Shown here: piece after piece, positions 8,734-14,056 of the stretch
Layout of the letters: every line of letters starts with the position of its first letter
Position numbering within the stretch: position 1 is the stretch's first letter
Origin: Azolla caroliniana
Lineage: Eukaryota; Plantae; Polypodiophyta
Assembly: GCA_043228905.1 (NCBI GenBank)
Contig: JBHGNT010000904.1
Span: 1 to 14,056 of the forward strand
DNA length: 14,056 bases
Direction of reading: 5' to 3'
Notes under the pieces: model-generated
What the model was told of the DNA's origin: nothing
Seen by the model: the letters and a program-made list of their open reading frames with translations, nothing else
The model's database searches: none
Translations under genes and position numbers: made by a program

Positions 8734-9159
8734 TGTCAGGAATAGTACTAAAGCAAAGATGGAATTAGTACTAAGAAGAGTAGTACTATCAGTACTAAGA
8801 GGACGGGACTGCGTAAGATTCCCGAGAGAGAGGAAGTGAGAAGAGGAGAGAGAGAGAAATAGGATGATGACAACAACTCTTATATTATATGAAAGATAAG
8901 TACAAATCGACTAAGAGGCTTAAGACTGGTGTTGAACCAATTTGGTTCAAAACAATGCCTTGTGCCTCCTTTTATAGTGTTTTTAGGAATAATCCTGAAG
9001 CTTCTAGAATGTTCTAGAGAGATCTGGAATATACATCAATTTTCTATGATAAAGTATAAATGAAAATAATATCCTACAAAATACAATTCATAGTCTAATG
9101 GTAAGAGCTCGACCCATGTAGCATAAAGTCATGGGTCCGAGTCTTGCCATATCATGACA
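8734..9159 (-). repeat. 3' LTR, 426 bp
   Basis: Termini are TGTCAGGA...TCATGACA (inverted, 7/8). The first 91 bp match 13966-14056 at 90/91 positions, and the LTR abuts the PPT. Confidence 0.95.
8970..8976 (-). promoter_or_regulatory. LTR TATA box (TATAAAA); predicted transcription start ~8943 (equivalent position in the 5' LTR)
   Basis: Minus strand reads CTATAAAAGG, starting 33 nt upstream of the 12-mer complementary to the PBS. Confidence 0.7.
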
Positions 9160-9172
9160 CTATCTCCCCCTT
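9160..9172 (-). promoter_or_regulatory. Polypurine tract
   Basis: Minus strand AAGGGGGAGATAG lies directly before TGTCATGA of the 3' LTR and overlaps the pol stop codon. Confidence 0.9.
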
Positions 9173-12100
9173 AAAGACGACGAGTGGAACGAGTCGGCAC
9201 TAATTGTGGACCGGGTTTGTCCGGATACTTTCGGTGGAAATCAACAAGAAGATCTTGTGCATTGGCAACATTCTCGACGGGTTCCCAAGTACGTTCGCTC
9301 GGACTATAACCGAGCCAATCGACCAAGTAATAAAGTTTGTTGCGAACAAGTTTGGAATCGAGGATGGCAGCAACTTCATACTCCGGGCCGGCGTCCAACT
9401 CCAGCGGGGGCGGCAGTGGTGTCACACGATCGGGAATGGTGTTTGCTTTATAAGGTTCAAGAAGAGAACAATGGAAAACCAGATGTATCTGAAGCTGCGG
9501 AGGGAGATCAAGGCGGAAGGTGACATCATTAATCTTCCCCGTAATACGGAAAGGACCGAGTCGTCGATAATCCAACTTGTCGCACGGTCGAGTAGTCTTG
9601 ATGTGACGACGTAAGAGCCATACTCGATCTCCGATGGCAAAAGAGGAGGGAATCCGATGACGATCCACATAAGTCTTCTGTGTGTGTTGAGCATGACGAA
9701 GGTGAGTAGAGAGATCCATCTGGATCTTGCGTAGCCTCTCCAAATGGTCCTCGGCACGAGGGTTGGTAGGTAGCTCCGGAGTGTCGATCACTGACCAGCG
9801 AGGATGGAAACCGGTATAAGCGAAAAATGGGGAGACCTGAGTCGAGGAGTGAATAGCATTATTATACGCAAACTCCGCAAAGTGGAGAATCTCGGCCCAA
9901 TTGTCCTGTTGATAACTCAGGAAACACCGGAGATATTGCTCCAACGTTTGGTTTGTTCGTTCCGCCTGTCCGTCGGTCTAAGGATGGTAGCCGGAGGAGA
10001 GGTTGCAGGAGACCTTGAGCATCCTGAAAAGATGCTGCCAAAATTTGGAGAAAAATTGCGGGCCTCGGTCACTGATAATACTGTCTGGGAGGCCATGATG
10101 CCGAAATACCTCACGCATAACAAGAGCGGCGGTTTCCTCGCTAGTGATGGCTTTAGTACATGGCACAAAATGTGCCATCTTCGTATATCGATCAACGACG
10201 GTTAGGATAGCATCGAACCCCTTCGAGACCGGAGATCTGTGATAAAATCAAGACAAATAGACTGCCATGGCTTACTTGGAATTGGTAAAGGTTCCAACAA
10301 GCCATATGGATGGTGTCGTGGCATCTTTGCTCGGCAGCAAGCATCACAGGTTCGAACGTAGTCGTCTACAAAACGGCGCATGTGGGGCCACCAAAAAGAT
10401 CGCTGCACTAGCTCCAACGTCTTGGTACTACCGAAATGTCCCGCCGTATGGGTGTCATGACAATGTTGGACGATTTGAAGGCGACAGGAGCAATCGGGGA
10501 CATATACGCGCTTTTTAAAGAATAACAAACCATCATGATATTCGAATTGTTGGTAGTCAATACCTGGTTGTTGAGACTGAGAACAGGATGCCCGAGAAGT
10601 ATCAATGTGCGCGAGGATGTCTTGAGCAAAACTATCTGTCTTCAAGGTTGCACGTATGTTATCGGTAATCCGTGAATCCATCGGGGTGTGAAAAATCTGC
10701 GTCGTGTGCAATCGTGTTGGTCCCAAGATTAGTTGCTTTTGATTATCAAATGTTGCGTCACCAGGACGAGGTGCAAGATATGAACGCCGTGATAGTGCAT
10801 CTGCTTTTCCTTGCTGCTTCCCCGGTCGATATGTGATTTCGAAGTCGAAACGCGTGAGGAATTGCGCCCACCGAGCTTGTCGTCCATTTAGTACGCGAGC
10901 GTTCTGAAAATAAGCAAGATTTTTATGATCGCTAAAGACAATGTACTGATGTGGAGAGCCCTCTAAGAAATGTCGCCATTGTACAAATGAATCCACGATG
11001 GCTAATAACTCCTTGTCATGTATTTCGTAGTTGATTTCTGCGACATTGAATTTGCGCAAATGGAAAGCCACCGGATGCAACTCTTCTTTATCGCCTTGTT
11101 GAGAAAGGATGCTACCGAGGGCGAAATCTGATGCGTCGGCCTCCATGATGAATGGTTTGCTTGTATCCACATGAGCTAGAATCGGTGCTGATGTAAAGGC
11201 TTTCTTAAGATGCCGAAAAGCCATATCTGCTTCGATGGACCAAAGAAATGCTTGGCCCTTCTTCGTAAGTTGTGTGAGAGGTAAAATAATCTTCGAGTAA
11301 TCCTGTATAAACTTACGGTAGAAGTTAGCAAAACCTAGAAAACATTGTACATCTCGTACCAACCGTGGAATTTGCCACTCTAGTACAGTTTGGATTTTAG
11401 TTGGATCCATGGCGATGCCCTTTGAGGAGATGACGTAGCCTAGAAATTCCACTTGCTTACAGTCAAAGCTACATTTTTCTAGCTTGGCATAAAGACCATT
11501 CTCGCGGAGTCGCTCTAGTACTAATAGTACATGAGAATCGTGCTCTTCCTGGGTCTTCGAATAAATCAACAGATCATCCAGATAAATGATCAAACAGATA
11601 TCCAAGAGGTCTCTGAATATATCATTTGCCATGTGTTGGAAGACTACGGGTGCATTGGTTAGGCCAAACGGCATAACAGTATACTCGAAATGCCCATACC
11701 GCGTGCGAAAAGCGGTCTTCCACTCATCTCCCGGTCGGATCCGCACCAGATTATACGCTCCTCGTAGGTCGATTTTAGTAAAAAACTTGGCACCATTAAC
11801 TCGCTCTAAAAGACTTGATATAAGAGGAAGTGCATACCTATTCCGGATGGTGACTTTATTCAATCCGCGGTAATCAACGACAAGACAAAGTGAGCCATCT
11901 TTCTTCTTGACAAAGAAGATGGGTGCACCGGCCGGAGATTTCGAATGACGGATGAACCCGCTTGCCAAGTTCTCCTCTATGTAGGCTCGAATGACTTCTA
12001 ACTCGGTGGGTGACAAGTTGTAAATTGGTCCCCATGGTGGCTCGGTTCCTGGTTGTAAATCGATGGGACAGTCATAGGGACGGTGATGAGGAAGGGTACC

Positions 12101-12754
12101 GGCTTTTACCTTGTCAAATACATCGGCATAAGGATGATATTTTGCCGGAAGTTGTATTGAGGAGTCCTTCTTAATAGTGCTAGAAGGATGTACTGATATG
12201 GCAAATAGGAACATTGCCTCCTTGGGTCCTTCTTCGCGTAGTTGATGGAGTGAAATGGTCGAAACTCGGTGAGTTGATTCTTGGGGTGGTCGATATCGGA
12301 CTTCTCCTGTTCTCCAATCCATGGCTGGATTATGTAATTCAAGCCAAGGTAATCCTAGGACAATGGGATGCTCTGGACTACTAATTATATTAAATGATAT
12401 TATACACACAAAACTACCTACGACAACTTGAATGGGTTCTGATTCTTCTACAATATTCCCGGAAGCAATGGGACGACCATCAATGACCACTACAGATGCG
12501 GGACAAGGAAGTTTTCTTAAGGATATCTGAGAAGCTTGGGCAAAATTTCGATCCATGAAACAGGAATTAGCTCCGGAATCTAAAAGTGCTAGGATGGGTA
12601 CTGGGGGAGTACTTTTAGTACTAACAATGACTTGGGCTAGGAACACATTGCTAACTTGCTTGGAAGGAATGGAACCACTAATGGGCTGTACAGATCTAGG
12701 GCTGCTGTCCAACCAAATGGCTCCTATTTTGGCTGGACTCAATCGTTTAACTCT
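9171..12754 (-). pseudogene. pol: pol polyprotein (aspartic protease, RT, RNase H, integrase, chromodomain); integrase disrupted
   Basis: Motifs: PR ALLDSGAN; RT KIDLRGAY..YLDD; RH EADASDF..DHKNL..ADALSR; IN H-H-CC, ISDRGPQF, GPF; chromodomain EYEVAAILD..YLVDWLGY..TWEP. A 1-nt deletion at ~10231 breaks DFITDL|PVSKGFDAILTVVDR and an in-frame TAG lies at 9978-9980 (YHP*TDGQAER). Confidence 0.95.
12697..12751 (-). promoter_or_regulatory. Candidate -1 programmed ribosomal frameshift signal (gag to pol)
   Basis: G TTA AAC in gag frame, then a 6-nt spacer, then an 11-bp stem GTCCAGCCAAA/TTTGGTTGGAC. The loop can pair with downstream GCCCTA. Confidence 0.75.
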
Positions 12755-13896
12755 TCATCTAATTGACTAAGGATTTCAAATTTATTTGAGATACTTGGGC
12801 TATTAGTACTATGAATACTATCTGACACTCTATTAGTACTATTAATACTATCAGACACTCCGAAGGGAAGAATTGACTCAGGTTTAGTACAGGCGACGAT
12901 TTGATTTACCTGTCTTCTTGGCCTATGGGGACAATTGATGGCGATATGTCTTGGTCCACCGCAATAAAGACATAATCGATTGGCACGTCGTCATTGCTTT
13001 TCTTCTTCCGATAACGGGCCGCATCGACGCATGGTATCGATCTCCATCGGTGTCGAAGTATTTGCTTGAGGTATGTCTCGTGCAAACGGTTTAGCTGCGA
13101 CTGCGGTGTAAGTGGGCTCTGGCCTAGAGCGTGGTATCTGTAATTGACGTTCTGAACGCCGTTCAAAAAGGCGGTTGTCACATCGAACTGCTCGACTGAT
13201 TGCCTCCGTAAGAGACTTTGGTTCTTCGGGGAAAGTTAGAAGTAGATCTTTGACATCGTTTCGCAAGCCATAGCGAAACTGCTCCATCAGTGCTTGATCA
13301 TCCCAGGGTATATCTGAAGCAAGTAGGCGGAAATCCGCCGCGTAGGCAGAGGCTGGACGATCGCCTTGACGCAATTGCCGGATCTTGTTGATCGCCGTCC
13401 TGATGTTGTCGGTGTCTCCGAAGCAGGCTTTAAACTCACCAATAAAATCTTCAAAGTTATTAAGCAAGGGCGATTGTTTTTCTAGAAGCGGAGTGAACCA
13501 TGCCAAGGCTGAGCCGCTAAGTAGCGTGCCTATTAGGCCGACTCGAGATGCATCAGTGGGATATCGGGAAGGATGCATCTGGATGACTAAGCGTACCTGA
13601 TTAAGGAATCCCCGGAATTGCGAACGCGTTCCATCAAATTTCACAGGAAGTCCAATCTTGGGCTCTTTATGAAATCCTTGGGGACTGGATCCTTGTTGTT
13701 GCAACGCTGCTTCGAGCTGTTGTACCCGTAACGCTAACTCCCCATGTTGTTGTTGCGTTTGTTGTTTTTCTAGAGCGATTTGTTGCAGATCCCCTATCAG
13801 CCGTTGGTTTTCTTGTTCCAGGGCAACAAACTTTTCTTTTAGGCACTGTAGCTCGGAGAAAATGGATTGGTATTCTTGGGCGCTAACAGTAGCCAT
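12739..13896 (-). pseudogene. gag: gag (coiled coil, capsid-like domain, CCHC zinc knuckle), 385 codons, with a premature stop before the knuckle
   Basis: Motifs KFDGTRSQFRGF, LSGSALAW, LRQGDRPASAYAADF, FRYGLR and PMEID are present. After the TGA at 12991-12993 the same frame continues RRANRL-CLYCGGPRHIAINC (CX2CX4HX4C) to the TGA at 12739-12741. Confidence 0.93.
12801..12860. repeat. 30-bp in-frame tandem duplication in the gag tail
   Basis: tattagtactatgaatactatctgacactc / tattagtactattaatactatcagacactc (28/30), encoding VSDSINSTNR / VSDSIHSTNS. Confidence 0.9.
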
Positions 13897-13951
13897 AGTA
13901 TAGGGAAAAGGGTAGGAGGATGAGGGAGAGTGACAAGTAGGCTAGAGGAAA

Positions 13952-13963
13952 AAATTGGTTCAA
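13952..13963 (-). promoter_or_regulatory. Self-priming type primer binding site
   Basis: Minus strand TTGAACCAATTT lies 2 nt after the 5' LTR end and has no TGG. It is the exact reverse complement of the LTR-internal AAATTGGTTCAA (8943-8932). Confidence 0.8.
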
Positions 13964-13965
13964 AC

Positions 13966-14056
13966 TGTCAGGAATAGTACTAAAGCAAAGATGGAATTAG
14001 TACTAAGAAGAGTAGTACTATTAGTACTAAGAGGACGGGACTGCGTAAGATTCCCG
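13966..14056 (-). repeat. 5' LTR (U5 end; partial)
   Basis: 90/91 identical to 8734-8824; the only difference is 8790 c versus 14022 t. Confidence 0.95.

Larger units (their letters stand above)
8734..14056 (-). mobile_element. Ty3/gypsy chromovirus LTR retrotransposon (Tcn1/Tf1-sushi-like); predicted ~5.66 kb, 5' LTR runs off the window
   Basis: Direct repeats start at 8734 and 13966. It carries gag plus PR-RT-RH-IN-chromodomain in gypsy order, a PPT and a non-tRNA PBS. Confidence 0.97.

Noticed and set aside
5764-8839. Plus-strand and alternate-frame short ORFs (e.g. 5764-6012, 5891-6289, 7476-7811, 7931-8233, 8516-8839)
   Set aside because: They are shadows of the long minus-strand ORF in GC-rich sequence and show no motifs. 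8516-8839 even crosses the insertion junction.
12991-12993. TGA in gag as a programmed readthrough site or the true gag end
   Set aside because: It falls in an Arg run just before the CCHC knuckle, is simply explained by CGA>TGA, and a proper gag end with a frameshift cassette exists at 12739-12751.
9204-13600. Small overlapping ORFs within gag/pol (9204-9614, 9804-10205, 11586-11873, 12906-13181, 13385-13600 etc.)
   Set aside because: They are alternate-frame or antisense by-products of the retroelement coding region with no independent evidence.

Overview
Eukaryotic, repeat-rich window, probably from a land plant; a non-seed plant is inferred from the element types. No intact host protein gene is visible. 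(1) 1-5287: tandem array of six ~860-bp units plus a partial seventh. Each unit is a diverged dimer of ~430-bp halves, carrying one plant-type tRNA-Arg(CCT) gene and one decayed tRNA-Arg relic, both on the minus strand. (2) ~5298-8733: remnant of a plus-strand, probably Tat/Ogre-like LTR retrotransposon. It has a truncated LTR, a tRNA-Arg(TCT)-type PBS and a ~965-codon ANTISENSE coiled-coil ORF just inside the PBS, broken by 8 stops and 1 frameshift. (3) 8734-14056 and beyond: a younger minus-strand Ty3/gypsy chromovirus (Tcn1/Tf1-sushi-like) nested in that ORF, with gag, PR-RT-RH-IN-chromodomain and a 426-bp LTR. It shows a self-priming PBS instead of a tRNA PBS and a clear candidate -1 frameshift signal (GUUAAAC + stem/pseudoknot). 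This copy has two nonsense codons and one frameshift. All family assignments come from motif recognition; no database searches were run.
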